64,000 nucleotides of DNA. Source: Myxococcales bacterium. GTDB taxonomy: Bacteria; Myxococcota_A; Polyangia; Palsa-1104. The notes below the pieces were generated by a model that worked only from the letters and a program-made list of their open reading frames with translations, did not search any database and was not told the origin of the DNA. Position 1 is the stretch's first letter. The number at the start of each line of letters is the position of its first letter. Made by a program: the position numbers and the translations under genes. The DNA is taken from assembly GCA_028287105.1 (NCBI GenBank), contig JAQBQH010000344.1, positions 26-64,025 on the forward strand, in the 5' to 3' direction. Positions 35,059 through 44,062 of this stretch are shown here, in pieces.

Positions 35059-36392
35059 CGACGAGCCAGATCTGTAACTGATCCGAAGGCGCGCCGCCAC
35101 CAGCGCCCCATGCGGCGGCCGAACGAGAGCACCCACTCGCGCCGGAGGTCGGCCACGAGGTCGCGCGCGGGATCGAGGCCGCGGAGGACGCCGTCGAGGA
35201 GCGCCAGCGCGCGCACCAGCGCCAAGAGCGACGGCGACAGGCGCAGCTGATGGGTGCGGCCGAGCGCCACCATCTGCTGCAGCACGCGCGCGCCGTCGGC
35301 CTTGCCCGACGCGCCGTCGACCAAACAGGCGAGCTCCACCTCGAGGCGCGCGCGGTCGATGGCGACGGGAACGCCGCCTGGCGAGAGCGCCAGCACGGCG
35401 TCGGCGAGGGCGCGCGTGCGGCCGAGCGCCAGCGCGCGCACGAGGCGGCCCAGGCTCGTGCGCATCGCCTCTTCGACCTGCTCGACGGCGCCGAGATCGA
35501 GGAGCACGAGGCGGCCGTCGGGCTCGATGAGCACGTTGCCGGGATGCGGGTCGGCGTGGAAGACACCGTGGTCGAGGATCTGCCGTGAAAATGCGCGCAA
35601 GAGCGCGGCGCGCGCCGATCGCTGCTGCGCGTCGGTGAGCGCGGAGAGGCGCTGGCCGTGGACCTCCTCCATCACCAGCACCGTCGGGCGCGTGAGCGCG
35701 TGGTAGATGCGCGGCACGCGCACCTCCTTGGCGCCGGCGAGCAGCGTCGAGAGGCGCGTCGCGTTTTCGGCCTCGTGCGTAAAGTCGAGCTCCGCCGTGA
35801 TCGAGCGCTCGAACGCCTCGAGCAGCGCCACCGGCTCGAGCGCCGCGACCTCGGGGATCGCCTGCGCCAGGAGGCCGGCGAAGAAGCGCATGAGCGTCAG
35901 ATCGGCGGCGACCATGCGCGCCAGACCGGGGCGCTGAATCTTGACGACGACCTTCTCGCCCGTGCGCAACGTCGCGCGATGCACCTGTCCGATCGACGCC
36001 GCCGCCAGCGGCTGCGGATCGAGCGACGCGAACGCCTGGCCGAAGTGATCGCCGAGCGCGCGCTTGAGCTGCCGCTCGACGGTGCGCGTCTTCATCGGCG
36101 GCACGCCCGAGTGCAGCTCCGAAAGCGCGCGCGTGATCTCGGCGGGGAACAGATCCTCGCGCGTCGCCAGCAGCTGACCGAGCTTGATGAACGTCGGCCC
36201 GAGATCGGCGAGCACGCGCGCCAATCGCTTGCCGAGCCCCTGGGGACTAGGCCGGCGGCGCTCGAGGATCTCGCCGAACCCGTGGCGCGCCAGCACCAAC
36301 GCGACGCGCTGCATGCGCATGGCGGGGGCCCACATGCCCGTCGGCAGGATCCAGCCTGCCGAGCGCGCCGGGATGTCAGCCATCGTTGTCAC
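34935..36392 (-). CDS. ubiB: ABC1/UbiB-family atypical protein kinase
   Basis: LGPTFIKLGQLLATREDLFP, ASIGQVHRATL..GEKVVVKIQRPGL, and HGVFHADPHPGNVLIEPDGRLVLLDLGA (the catalytic loop). The C-terminal ~40 aa overlap the downstream membrane-protein gene and may be artefactual. Confidence 0.8.
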   Translation of the reverse strand: MTTMADIPARSAGWILPTGMWAPAMRMQRVALVLARHGFGEILERRRPSPQGLGKRLARVLADLGPTFIKLGQLLATREDLFPAEITRALSELHSGVPPMKTRTVERQLKRALGDHFGQAFASLDPQPLAAASIGQVHRATLRTGEKVVVKIQRPGLARMVAADLTLMRFFAGLLAQAIPEVAALEPVALLEAFERSITAELDFTHEAENATRLSTLLAGAKEVRVPRIYHALTRPTVLVMEEVHGQRLSALTDAQQRSARAALLRAFSRQILDHGVFHADPHPGNVLIEPDGRLVLLDLGAVEQVEEAMRTSLGRLVRALALGRTRALADAVLALSPGGVPVAIDRARLEVELACLVDGASGKADGARVLQQMVALGRTHQLRLSPSLLALVRALALLDGVLRGLDPARDLVADLRREWVLSFGRRMGRWWRRAFGSVTDLARRWRAPQSPAPLLLLPWMHLMPVPAAPPPPPPRPSSSRPPST

Positions 36393-36670
36393 GCGGCCTT
36401 CTTGCGGCGGTCGCTCTTCTTCGCGCGGCGCTCCGACAGTCTCCGATTTTCGGAGACGCGTGGCGCCTGGGTCTTTTGATCCTGCGTGCGCGTTTCATCC
36501 GCAATCTCGGTCGCCTCGACGGCGGACGGGCACGATCCGGGCGCGAACCACCTCCGGAAATCGAACTCCGAGAGGTTCCACGGCCACCCGTCGACGATGA
36601 TCTGGATCTCCGCGTAATACGTGGCATGTTGCCGTTTCATGTGTCGCGTCTTGAGCAAGGTTCATGCCGT

Positions 36671-36681
36671 GCTAGGATGCC
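36671..36681 (+). promoter_or_regulatory. GCTAGGATGCC start-context motif, copy 1, with an upstream TTGAGC box
   Basis: TCTTGAGC-N16-TAGGAT-GCCGCGCC. The TAGGAT fits the high-GC -10 pattern TAnnnT with a TTGAGC -35 at 16-nt spacing. The ATG within the motif is in frame with the GT2 gene that starts 36 nt downstream. Confidence 0.35.
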
Positions 36682-36712
36682 GCGCCAGACCCGAGCGAGT
36701 TGTAAAATCCTG

Positions 36713-37405
36713 ATGAAACTTTCGATCATCATTCCCGTCTTCAACGAATCCGCCACCGTCGGCGCCATCATCGACAAGGTGCGCACCCTCGATCTCGGCA
36801 AGGACGTGGTCAAGGAGATCATCGTCGTCAACGACGGCTCCTCCGACGGCACGCGCGAATCCTTGAAGCCGTACGAGAAGCTCGACGGCATGCGCGTCCA
36901 CCACTCGCCGGTCAATCTCGGCAAGGGCTCGTCGGTGCGCATCGGCTTCTCGTTCGCGTCGGGTGACATCATCACCATCCAGGACGCCGACCTCGAGCTG
37001 GATCCCGCGGAGTACAAGCAGCTCATCAAGCCGATCCTCGACGGCGACGCCGACGTGGTCTACGGCTCGCGCTTCGTCGGCAAGGGGCGGCAGGGCAAGC
37101 TGACCTTCTGGCTCGCCAACAAGGCGCTCGCGGCGCTGACCAACACGCTCTTCCGTGCGTCGCTCACCGACATCGAGACCTGCTACAAGGTCTTCCGCGC
37201 CGACGTCATTCCGCAGCTCAAGCTCAAGGCCGCGCGCTTCGAGATCGAGCCCGAATTGACGGCGCAGCTCTTGAAGCGCGGCTTCCGCATCAAGGAGCTG
37301 CCCATCGGCTACGCGCCGCGCACGCACGACGAGGGCAAGAAGATCAATTGGAAGGATGGATTCGGAGCGGTCTGGATGCTGGTGACCCAGCGGATGGACA
37401 AGTAG
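36713..37405 (+). CDS. GT-2 glycosyltransferase (polyprenol-phosphate sugar transferase, DPM1-like)
   Basis: MKLSIIIPVFNESATVGAIIDKV...IIVVNDGSSDGT...QDADLELDP...YGSRF. An in-frame upstream ATG at 36677, inside the GCTAGGATGCC motif, would add 12 aa. Confidence 0.85.
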   Translation: MKLSIIIPVFNESATVGAIIDKVRTLDLGKDVVKEIIVVNDGSSDGTRESLKPYEKLDGMRVHHSPVNLGKGSSVRIGFSFASGDIITIQDADLELDPAEYKQLIKPILDGDADVVYGSRFVGKGRQGKLTFWLANKALAALTNTLFRASLTDIETCYKVFRADVIPQLKLKAARFEIEPELTAQLLKRGFRIKELPIGYAPRTHDEGKKINWKDGFGAVWMLVTQRMDK

Positions 37406-37420
37406 CGCGGAAGGCGGAGC

Positions 37421-37750
37421 TCAGAGCGCCTTCTTGACCAGCTCTTCGATCTTCGGCTTCGGCACGGCGCCGACGATCTGGCCGACCACCTTGCCCTCCT
37501 TGAACAGGAGCAGCGTCGGAATCGAGCGCACGTCGTACTGCGTCGGCACGCGCGGGTTGTCGTCGATGTTCACCTTCACCATGCGAACCTTGCCCGCGTA
37601 CTCCTTGGCGAGCTGCTCGACCACGGGGGCGATCGCGCGGCAGGGTCCGCACCACGGGGCCCAGAAATCGATGAGGACGGGCTCCTTCGACTGCAGAACA
37701 TCCGCTTCGAAGCTGGCGTCGGTCACGTTGGCGATGCTGTCAGATCCCAT
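37421..37750 (-). CDS. trxA: Thioredoxin
   Basis: 109 aa with the WCGPC active site (VLIDFWAPWCGPCRAIAP) and a thioredoxin fold. Confidence 0.95.
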   Translation of the reverse strand: MGSDSIANVTDASFEADVLQSKEPVLIDFWAPWCGPCRAIAPVVEQLAKEYAGKVRMVKVNIDDNPRVPTQYDVRSIPTLLLFKEGKVVGQIVGAVPKPKIEELVKKAL

Positions 37751-37768
37751 GAGAACTCCTTATCACAT

Positions 37769-37779
37769 GCTAGGATGCG
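37769..37779 (+). promoter_or_regulatory. GCTAGGATGCG start-context motif, copy 2
   Basis: CATGCTAGGATGCGGCGGCGCATGAAA. The ATG inside the motif (37775) is the ORF-track start of the YfhO-like gene. It lies 24 nt from the divergent trxA start. Confidence 0.35.
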
Positions 37780-40084
37780 GCGGCGCATGAAAAGGTGGCG
37801 CTGGGCCGCGTTGGCGTCGCTGATTGTCGGTGTCCTCGTCCTTCATCACGAGGTGCTGCTGGGTGGGCTCGTGTACCACAACGAGGACGCCGCCGACGGC
37901 TACTATCCAAGCCATGTAGCGATCCAGCGTGCGCTCGGCAAGGGGGAGCTGCCGACGTGGGAGCCGGGCGCGTGGGCCGGCTGGCCGCTGCACGTCGATC
38001 CCTACTACGGTCTCTATTATCCGCTCAGCGCGATCTACGCCGTGTGGGGTGCAGTGCGCGGGCTCGGCGTGACCGTGGCGCTGCACGCGCTCCTGGCCGG
38101 GCTCGGCATGCTGTGGCTCATGCGGCGCCGCAAGCTCGACTGGGGGCCGGCGCTGTTCGCGGCGGTGTCGCTGGCGTTCGGGTCGTTCATGGTCGAGCGT
38201 ATCCGCCACATCATCTTCGCGCAGATGATGGCGTGGCTGCCGCTCATCCTCGTCGGCGTCGAGGGCTACCTGGCGGAGCGGCGCGCGCGCTGGCTGGTGT
38301 TGGCGGCGGCGGCGACGGGTATGGCGCTCGTGTGCGGCGCCTTGCCGCTGGCGCCGTTCGTCGTGCTCACCGTCGGTGGCTACGTCGCCGCGCGACTGGC
38401 CGCCGTCGATCGCGCGGCGCGGCTGCGCACGCTCACCTGGCTCGGGACGGCGGCGCTGGCCGGCGGGCTGGTGGCGGCGGCGCAGATCGTACCGACGGTG
38501 GCGCATCTGCCGTATTCGCCGCGCTCGCTCGGGGTCGACTACCAGTTCGCCTCGTCGTACGCATGGCCCGATGTGCGCTATCTCGGCGTCCTCATCGCGC
38601 CCGATCTCTTCGGCGGCGCCGATCGCGGGCACTGGTTCGGCGTCTTCAACCACTGGGAAATGGCCGGCTGGTACACGGGCGCGCTGACGGTGCTGCTGGC
38701 GCCGTTGGGCCTGGTGCGGCGCCGCCCCGAGCTGTGGGCGCTCGGCGCGGTCGCGCTCCTCGGGATTCTCCTGGCGTTCGGCGACCACGCGCCGGTGCAT
38801 CGCTTCTTCTTCCACTACGTCCCGCTCTACGGCGCGCTGCGCTGCCCGACGCGCGCGCTCGTCATGGACCTGGTCGCGCTGCCGATCCTCGGCGCCGAGG
38901 GGCTGGCCTGGCTGTCGGAGCGCGTGCGCACGCGGCGCGCGGCGGGCCTCGCCTGCGCGATCGCGTTTGCCGTCGCCGGTGTCGTCGCCGCCAGCCTGCT
39001 GCACGCGCCTGCGAAGTTCTCGCCGGCCGTCGTCGCCACGCGTCACGCCTTCGGCCACTTCGCGCTCGTCGTCGGAGCGGGTGGGGCGCTCGCGTCGCTG
39101 CTCGTCGCCGGCGTCGTGCGTGCGCCGGTCGCCACGTTCGCCATCGCGCTGGTCTCGCTCGTCGATCTCGTCTCGGTCAGCCGCGGCTCGGTGCAGCCCA
39201 AGCCGCGCGACTGGGCCGAAGGGACCGAGCGCTTCACCGCCGTCGACTGGCTCCTCGAGCACCATCCGGCCGATCGCTTCATCACCGACTACCGCGGCCC
39301 CTTCCGCTTGCACAACCTCGGCATGACCTACGATCTCGAGGGCGCCGGCGGGTACGAGTCGTTCACGGTGTGGCGCTACGTCAACCTCCTCTACACGATC
39401 AACAACGGGCAGCCGTACCCGTTCGACAAGCTCAAGCAGGATCTGGCGGCCGGCGATGTGCGGCGCTTCGATACGCCGCTCGTCGATCTCCTCAACCTGC
39501 GCTGGTTCATCGGCCTGTCGCCGCCGGCGCCCCACTGGGTCGAGCGCTTCCGTCCCACGCCGGGTGCCAGGCCGCACGCGGTGCACGAACCGACGTGGGA
39601 TCCGCAGCTCGTCGTCTACGAAAATCCGCGCGTCCTGCCGCGCGCGTTCGTGGTCCATCACGCGTCGGTGCTGCCGACCGATCGCGCCCAGGCCGCGGCG
39701 CTGGTCACGCTCGATCCGCGCGCCGACGTCATCCTCGACGCCGCGCCGTCGCCGCCCCCCTCGGGGAGCGGGCTCGAGCCGGCGCGCGTGACGACTCACG
39801 AGCGGGCGCGCGTTGTCGTCGACAGCGATGCGCCCTCGCCAGGCGTGCTGGTGCTGGCCGACACCTGGTACCCCGGCTGGCGCGTCACCGTCGACGGCGC
39901 GGCGGCGCCGCTCCTGCGCGCCGACTACGCTTTCCGCGGCGTGGCGCTGCCCGCCGGCCATCACCTCGTCGAATTTACGTATCGCGCACGACCGGCCGCG
40001 ATCGGGCTGTGGCTGTCGCTCCTCGGGCTCCTCTCGCTCGGGGGCATCGCTCTCATTGGGCGTAAGCGCCCGTCGCTGTTATAA
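37775..40084 (+). CDS. YfhO-family large polytopic membrane protein (GT-C-like glycosyltransferase candidate)
   Basis: 769 aa with ~12 or more TM segments in the N-terminal half. The C-terminal soluble domain has YfhO-like blocks (VLVLADTWYPGWRVTVDGAAAPLLRADYAFRGVALPAGHH). The start ATG sits inside the GCTAGGATGCG motif; an alternative start is 37787. Confidence 0.7.
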   Translation: MRRRMKRWRWAALASLIVGVLVLHHEVLLGGLVYHNEDAADGYYPSHVAIQRALGKGELPTWEPGAWAGWPLHVDPYYGLYYPLSAIYAVWGAVRGLGVTVALHALLAGLGMLWLMRRRKLDWGPALFAAVSLAFGSFMVERIRHIIFAQMMAWLPLILVGVEGYLAERRARWLVLAAAATGMALVCGALPLAPFVVLTVGGYVAARLAAVDRAARLRTLTWLGTAALAGGLVAAAQIVPTVAHLPYSPRSLGVDYQFASSYAWPDVRYLGVLIAPDLFGGADRGHWFGVFNHWEMAGWYTGALTVLLAPLGLVRRRPELWALGAVALLGILLAFGDHAPVHRFFFHYVPLYGALRCPTRALVMDLVALPILGAEGLAWLSERVRTRRAAGLACAIAFAVAGVVAASLLHAPAKFSPAVVATRHAFGHFALVVGAGGALASLLVAGVVRAPVATFAIALVSLVDLVSVSRGSVQPKPRDWAEGTERFTAVDWLLEHHPADRFITDYRGPFRLHNLGMTYDLEGAGGYESFTVWRYVNLLYTINNGQPYPFDKLKQDLAAGDVRRFDTPLVDLLNLRWFIGLSPPAPHWVERFRPTPGARPHAVHEPTWDPQLVVYENPRVLPRAFVVHHASVLPTDRAQAAALVTLDPRADVILDAAPSPPPSGSGLEPARVTTHERARVVVDSDAPSPGVLVLADTWYPGWRVTVDGAAAPLLRADYAFRGVALPAGHHLVEFTYRARPAAIGLWLSLLGLLSLGGIALIGRKRPSLL

Positions 40085-40091
40085 TCCTCGG

Positions 40092-40421
40092 ATGGCGCGC
40101 CTGTTCATCTCCGCCGACCAGATGGATCGCTGGTCGGGTGAAGGCAAGGTCACCTTGCAAGACGACGTCATGGCGCTGCCTGCGCTCAACCGCTCGTTCC
40201 GCCTGCGCACTGCCGTCCGCTTCTTGTCGGTCGTCGAAGGCGGCGATGTCCACGGGCTCATCGGCCGCGTCAAGACCGACGAGCAGCTGGCCGAGATGGG
40301 CGGCGAGCATTACGGAGCCAGCGTCATCATGGGCGACATCGGCTACGAGTGCGAAGAGGGGTTCATCGGCATGCCCGTCGACGGCGGCCAATCCGGTCTC
40401 CTCAAGCTGCCAGGACAGTGA
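40092..40421 (+). CDS. Hypothetical cytoplasmic protein, 109 aa
   Basis: The track ORF was trimmed to the ATG at 40092 (MARLFISADQMDRWSGEGKVTLQDDVMAL...). It has high GC3 and occupies the gap between yfhO-like and hemX-like. No motif is recognised. Confidence 0.45.
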   Translation: MARLFISADQMDRWSGEGKVTLQDDVMALPALNRSFRLRTAVRFLSVVEGGDVHGLIGRVKTDEQLAEMGGEHYGASVIMGDIGYECEEGFIGMPVDGGQSGLLKLPGQ

Positions 40422-40425
40422 GCTG

Positions 40426-41220
40426 ATGCCGCCGCTGTTTCCCGTCACGCTGGCGCTCTACGCCGTCGCGCTCTCCTTGTACCTGGCGCACCTCATGGCC
40501 GGGACCCAGAGCCTCGCGCGCGCGGCTCGCATCGCGCTCCTCGCCGCGTTCGGCGCCCAGGCCATCGACATCGGCTGGCTCTGCACGCACGGGCTCCATC
40601 CGGCGGTCTCGGCGCGCGAAGCGATGTCGTTCGCGGCCTGGCTCATCTGCGGCGCCTACCTGGCGCTCTCGTTCCGTTTCCGCGTTCCCGTCGTCGGTGC
40701 GCTCGTGGTCCCGGTGACCATGGTGCTCGACCTGGCGGCGCGACTGTCGCCGCAGCACGAGCCGTCCCACGGGGTCTCCACGCTCGGCCTGACGCACATC
40801 ACGCTCGCCACCGCGGGCGTGGCGCTCTTTGCCGTCGCTGCCGGCGCCGCCGTCGTCTACCTCGTCGAAGAGCGCAACTTGAAGGCGCATCGCGCGCAGA
40901 AGATGTTCAAGCGCGGTGGCGCCTCGCTCGAGACGCTCGACCGCCTCAACCGTCGCTGCATCGTGTTCGGCTTTCCGCTCTTCACCGTCGCGCTCATCAC
41001 CGGCGCGGTGTGGGGCGTGCAGCTTCACGATCAGCTGTTCACGCCGCAATACTCGATCGCCGCCGCCGCGTGGCTCATGTACGCGGTCTTGATCGTCGCG
41101 CGGGTCACCGCCGGTTGGCGCGGACGGCGCGCCGCCATCATGACGCTGGGCGGCTTCGCCACGTCGCTGACGGTGCTGCTCATCTACTACGTGCGCGGCT
41201 TCGGCGGTACGGCGGGCTAG
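40426..41220 (+). CDS. Cytochrome c assembly (CcsA/HemX-like) membrane protein
   Basis: Polytopic, with CcsA-family features (WLMYAVLIVARV..GWRG). It lies immediately upstream of hemA, as does Bacillus hemX. Confidence 0.6.
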   Translation: MPPLFPVTLALYAVALSLYLAHLMAGTQSLARAARIALLAAFGAQAIDIGWLCTHGLHPAVSAREAMSFAAWLICGAYLALSFRFRVPVVGALVVPVTMVLDLAARLSPQHEPSHGVSTLGLTHITLATAGVALFAVAAGAAVVYLVEERNLKAHRAQKMFKRGGASLETLDRLNRRCIVFGFPLFTVALITGAVWGVQLHDQLFTPQYSIAAAAWLMYAVLIVARVTAGWRGRRAAIMTLGGFATSLTVLLIYYVRGFGGTAG

Positions 41221-42552
41221 ATGGCACGGCAGCTGGGAATCGTGGGCCTCTCGCACAAGACCGCGCCCATCGAGGTGCGCGAGCGGCTCGCCTTCGCAGG
41301 GGACTCGCTGCCCGAGGCGCTGCGCCGCATCCTGACGGTGCCCGGCGTCGGCGAGGCGATGATCGTGTCGACCTGCAATCGCGTCGAGGTCTACGCCGGC
41401 ATCGAGGACCCCAACACGATCGAGGGGCTCAAGCGCTTCATCGTCGACGAGCGGCAGCTGCCCGGCGAGCTGCGCGCGCATCTGTACGCGCACGGCGGCA
41501 ACGACGCCCTGCGCCACCTCTTCCGCGTCGCCGCGTCGCTCGACTCGATGGTGGTCGGCGAGTCGCAGATCCTCGGCCAGGTGAAGGACGCCTATCAGGC
41601 GGCGCTCGAGGCCGGCACGCTCGGCCCGGTGCTGCAGCGGGCGGTGCCGCGCGCCTTCGCGCTGGCCAAGCGCGTGCGCACCGAGACCGACGTGGCGCGC
41701 AGCTCGGCGTCGATCGCGTCGGCGGCGGTCGATCTGGCGGCGCAGATCTTCGGCGATCTCGACGGACGGCGGGTGCTCGTCGTCGGCGCCGGCAAGATGG
41801 GCGATCTATCGGCGCGCCACTTGAAGGCGGCGGGCGTGGGCGAGCTGATCGTCGCCAATCGCACGCAGTCGCGCGCGGTCGCGCTGGCGGCGCGGCTCGG
41901 CGGCAAGGCGGCGCCGTGGGAAGATCTCGACAAGCTCCTGCAGCGAGCGGACATCGTCCTGTGCTCGACGGGCGCGACCGAGCCGGTGCTCATGCGCGAC
42001 CGCATCGAGCGGGTGATGCGCGCGCGCAAGGGGCGCTGGCTCTTCTTCATCGACATCGCCGTGCCGCGCGACATCGACCCCGCGGTCGGCGAGATCGAGA
42101 ACGTCTATCTCTACGACGTCGACGCGCTGGAGAAGGTGGTGGCGCAGAACCGTGCCCAGCGGCAGAGCGAAGCCGCCGAGGGCGAGGTGATGGTCGACGT
42201 CGAGCTCAAGCGTTATCAGGAGCACGAGCAGTCGCTCGGCGTGGTGCCGACGATCAAGCTCCTGCGCGGGCGCTTCCTCGAGGTGGCGCAGGGCGAGGTC
42301 GATCGGGCGATGGCGCGCGTCGCCGCGTCCGACCGCGCGACGGTGCAGGCGATGGCAGAGGCGATTGTGAACAAGCTCTTGCACGTTCCGCTGACGAAGC
42401 TGAAAAAAGAGGCGCGCGACAATCCCGACAGCGAGCTGGCCGCGACGGTGCGCGCGCTGTTCGATCTGCATACCGGCCACACCGAGGAGATCCGCGTCGA
42501 TCTCGACGTCGACCTCGACGCGACCGATCCCAAGAGCGCGGTGAAGCAATGA
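41221..42552 (+). CDS. hemA: Glutamyl-tRNA reductase
   Basis: LGIVGLSHKTAPIEVRERLAF...CNRVEVYA...GESQILGQVKDAY...VLVVGAGKMG. Confidence 0.9.
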   Translation: MARQLGIVGLSHKTAPIEVRERLAFAGDSLPEALRRILTVPGVGEAMIVSTCNRVEVYAGIEDPNTIEGLKRFIVDERQLPGELRAHLYAHGGNDALRHLFRVAASLDSMVVGESQILGQVKDAYQAALEAGTLGPVLQRAVPRAFALAKRVRTETDVARSSASIASAAVDLAAQIFGDLDGRRVLVVGAGKMGDLSARHLKAAGVGELIVANRTQSRAVALAARLGGKAAPWEDLDKLLQRADIVLCSTGATEPVLMRDRIERVMRARKGRWLFFIDIAVPRDIDPAVGEIENVYLYDVDALEKVVAQNRAQRQSEAAEGEVMVDVELKRYQEHEQSLGVVPTIKLLRGRFLEVAQGEVDRAMARVAASDRATVQAMAEAIVNKLLHVPLTKLKKEARDNPDSELAATVRALFDLHTGHTEEIRVDLDVDLDATDPKSAVKQ

Positions 42553-43499
42553 GCACGATCCGGATCGCCACGCGCGGCTCGGCGCTGGCGTTGTGGCAGG
42601 CCAACTGGGTGCGCAGTCGCTTGCTGGCCGACGATCCCGCGCTCGCCGTCGAGCTGCTGGTCTTGAAGACGCGCGGCGACAAGATCGTCGATCGCGCGCT
42701 GTCGGAGGTCGGCGGCAAGGGGCTCTTCGTCAAGGAGATCGAGGAGGCGCTGCTCGACGGGCGCGCCGAGGTCGCGGTGCATTCGATGAAGGACCTGCCG
42801 GCCGACATCCCCGACGGCTTGATCCTGGGCGCGGTGCCGGTGCGCGAAGATGCGCGCGACGCGTTGATCGTGGCGCCGGTGCACGGAGTGCGCGACGTGA
42901 TGTCGCTGCCGCGCGGCGCGCACGTGGGCACCTCGAGCCTCCGGCGCGTGTGCCAGCTCAAGGCGCGCCGTCCCGATCTCGAGATCACGCCGCTGCGTGG
43001 CAACGTCGACACGCGTCTCGGTAAGGTCGAAGCGGGGGAGCTCGATGCGATCATCCTCGCCTGCGCGGGGCTCAACCGCCTCGGTCACGGCGCGCGCATC
43101 ACGGCGGCGATGTCGACGCAGGAATCGCTGCCGGCGATAGGGCAGGGCGCGCTGGCCATCGAGTGCCGCGTCGACGATCCGGAGACGCTGGCGCGCCTGC
43201 AGCGCTTCGACGATCGCACGACGGCGCTGGCAGTCATCGCCGAGCGCGCGTTCTTGAAGCGGCTGTCGGGCGACTGCAAGACGCCGCTCGCGGCGCACGC
43301 GACGCTCGACGGTGGGCGGCTGATGCTCGAGGGCCTCGTCGGTGCGCCCGACGGATCGAAGCTCTTGCGCGAGCGCCTCGAAGGCGCGGCCGAGGACGGC
43401 GCGGCGATCGGCCACGCGCTCGCCGAGTCGCTCTTGAACAAAGGTGCGGATCGTCTGCTCGCGCTCGCGACGACGAACGAGATCGTCGGCGGCGAATAG
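42549..43499 (+). CDS. hemC: Porphobilinogen deaminase (hydroxymethylbilane synthase)
   Basis: IRIATRGSALALWQANWV...KTRGDKIVDRALSEVGGKGLFVKEIEEALLDG..VAVHSMKDLP. The start overlaps the hemA stop as ATGA. Confidence 0.9.
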   Translation: MSTIRIATRGSALALWQANWVRSRLLADDPALAVELLVLKTRGDKIVDRALSEVGGKGLFVKEIEEALLDGRAEVAVHSMKDLPADIPDGLILGAVPVREDARDALIVAPVHGVRDVMSLPRGAHVGTSSLRRVCQLKARRPDLEITPLRGNVDTRLGKVEAGELDAIILACAGLNRLGHGARITAAMSTQESLPAIGQGALAIECRVDDPETLARLQRFDDRTTALAVIAERAFLKRLSGDCKTPLAAHATLDGGRLMLEGLVGAPDGSKLLRERLEGAAEDGAAIGHALAESLLNKGADRLLALATTNEIVGGE

Positions 43500-43520
43500 G
43501 TCGTCCAGGGGATTGCCTCA

Positions 43521-43541
43521 CGCCCGCGGCGGGTGTATTCC
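43521..43541 (+). terminator. Possible intrinsic terminator after hemC (weak)
   Basis: A short GC hairpin (CCCGCGGCGGG) is followed by TGTATTCC, 22 nt after the hemC stop. The stem is short and the U-tract is poor. Confidence 0.2.
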
Positions 43542-43563
43542 GACCGCAACGAGGAGGTGATCG

Positions 43564-44022
43564 ATGAGCCAGGTGAAGGCGATCCCAGAAGGTCTGCACA
43601 CCATCACGCCGCAGTTCTCCGTCGACGGCTGTGCCAAGGCGATGGAGTGGTACAAGAAAGCACTCGGCGCCGAGGAGGTCTCCCGCGCGCCCGACCCCAG
43701 CGGCCAGAAGATCTGGCACGCGTCCATGCGCATCGGCGACTCGACCTTCTTCCTCAACGACACGTTCCCCGAAATGGGCGCGACGCCGCAAACCGCCAGC
43801 CTCTGGGTCTACACCGACAACGTCGACCAGCTCTTCAAGCGCGCCACCGACGCCGGCGCCAAAACCGTCATGCCGATGATGGACCAGTTCTGGGGCGACC
43901 GCACCGGCACACTCCTCGATCCTTTCGGCAACCGCTGGACCCTCGGCCAACACATGAAGAACCTCACCGACGCCGAAATAAAATCCGCCGCCGACGCCTT
44001 CATCGCCTCCATGAAGAAATAG
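43564..44022 (+). CDS. VOC (glyoxalase/bleomycin-resistance/dioxygenase superfamily) protein
   Basis: 152 aa with a GAGGAGG ribosome-binding site 7 nt upstream. It shows the βαβββ pattern (IWHASMRIGDSTFFLND...FWGDRTGTLLDPFGNRWTLGQH). Confidence 0.75.
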   Translation: MSQVKAIPEGLHTITPQFSVDGCAKAMEWYKKALGAEEVSRAPDPSGQKIWHASMRIGDSTFFLNDTFPEMGATPQTASLWVYTDNVDQLFKRATDAGAKTVMPMMDQFWGDRTGTLLDPFGNRWTLGQHMKNLTDAEIKSAADAFIASMKK

Positions 44023-44062
44023 CCTCTACACCACCTGTCCTCACGAGGCCGACGGCCGTCCG

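Noticed and set aside
33938-35566. 542-aa minus-strand ORF
   Set aside because: It is an Arg-rich off-frame shadow. The alternative frame (33964-35058) encodes a plausible polytopic membrane protein.
37763-40065. 733-aa (-) and 756-aa (+) ORFs overlapping the YfhO-like gene
   Set aside because: These are Arg/Gly-rich alternative frames. The 769-aa frame has clear TM periodicity and a YfhO-like C-terminal domain.
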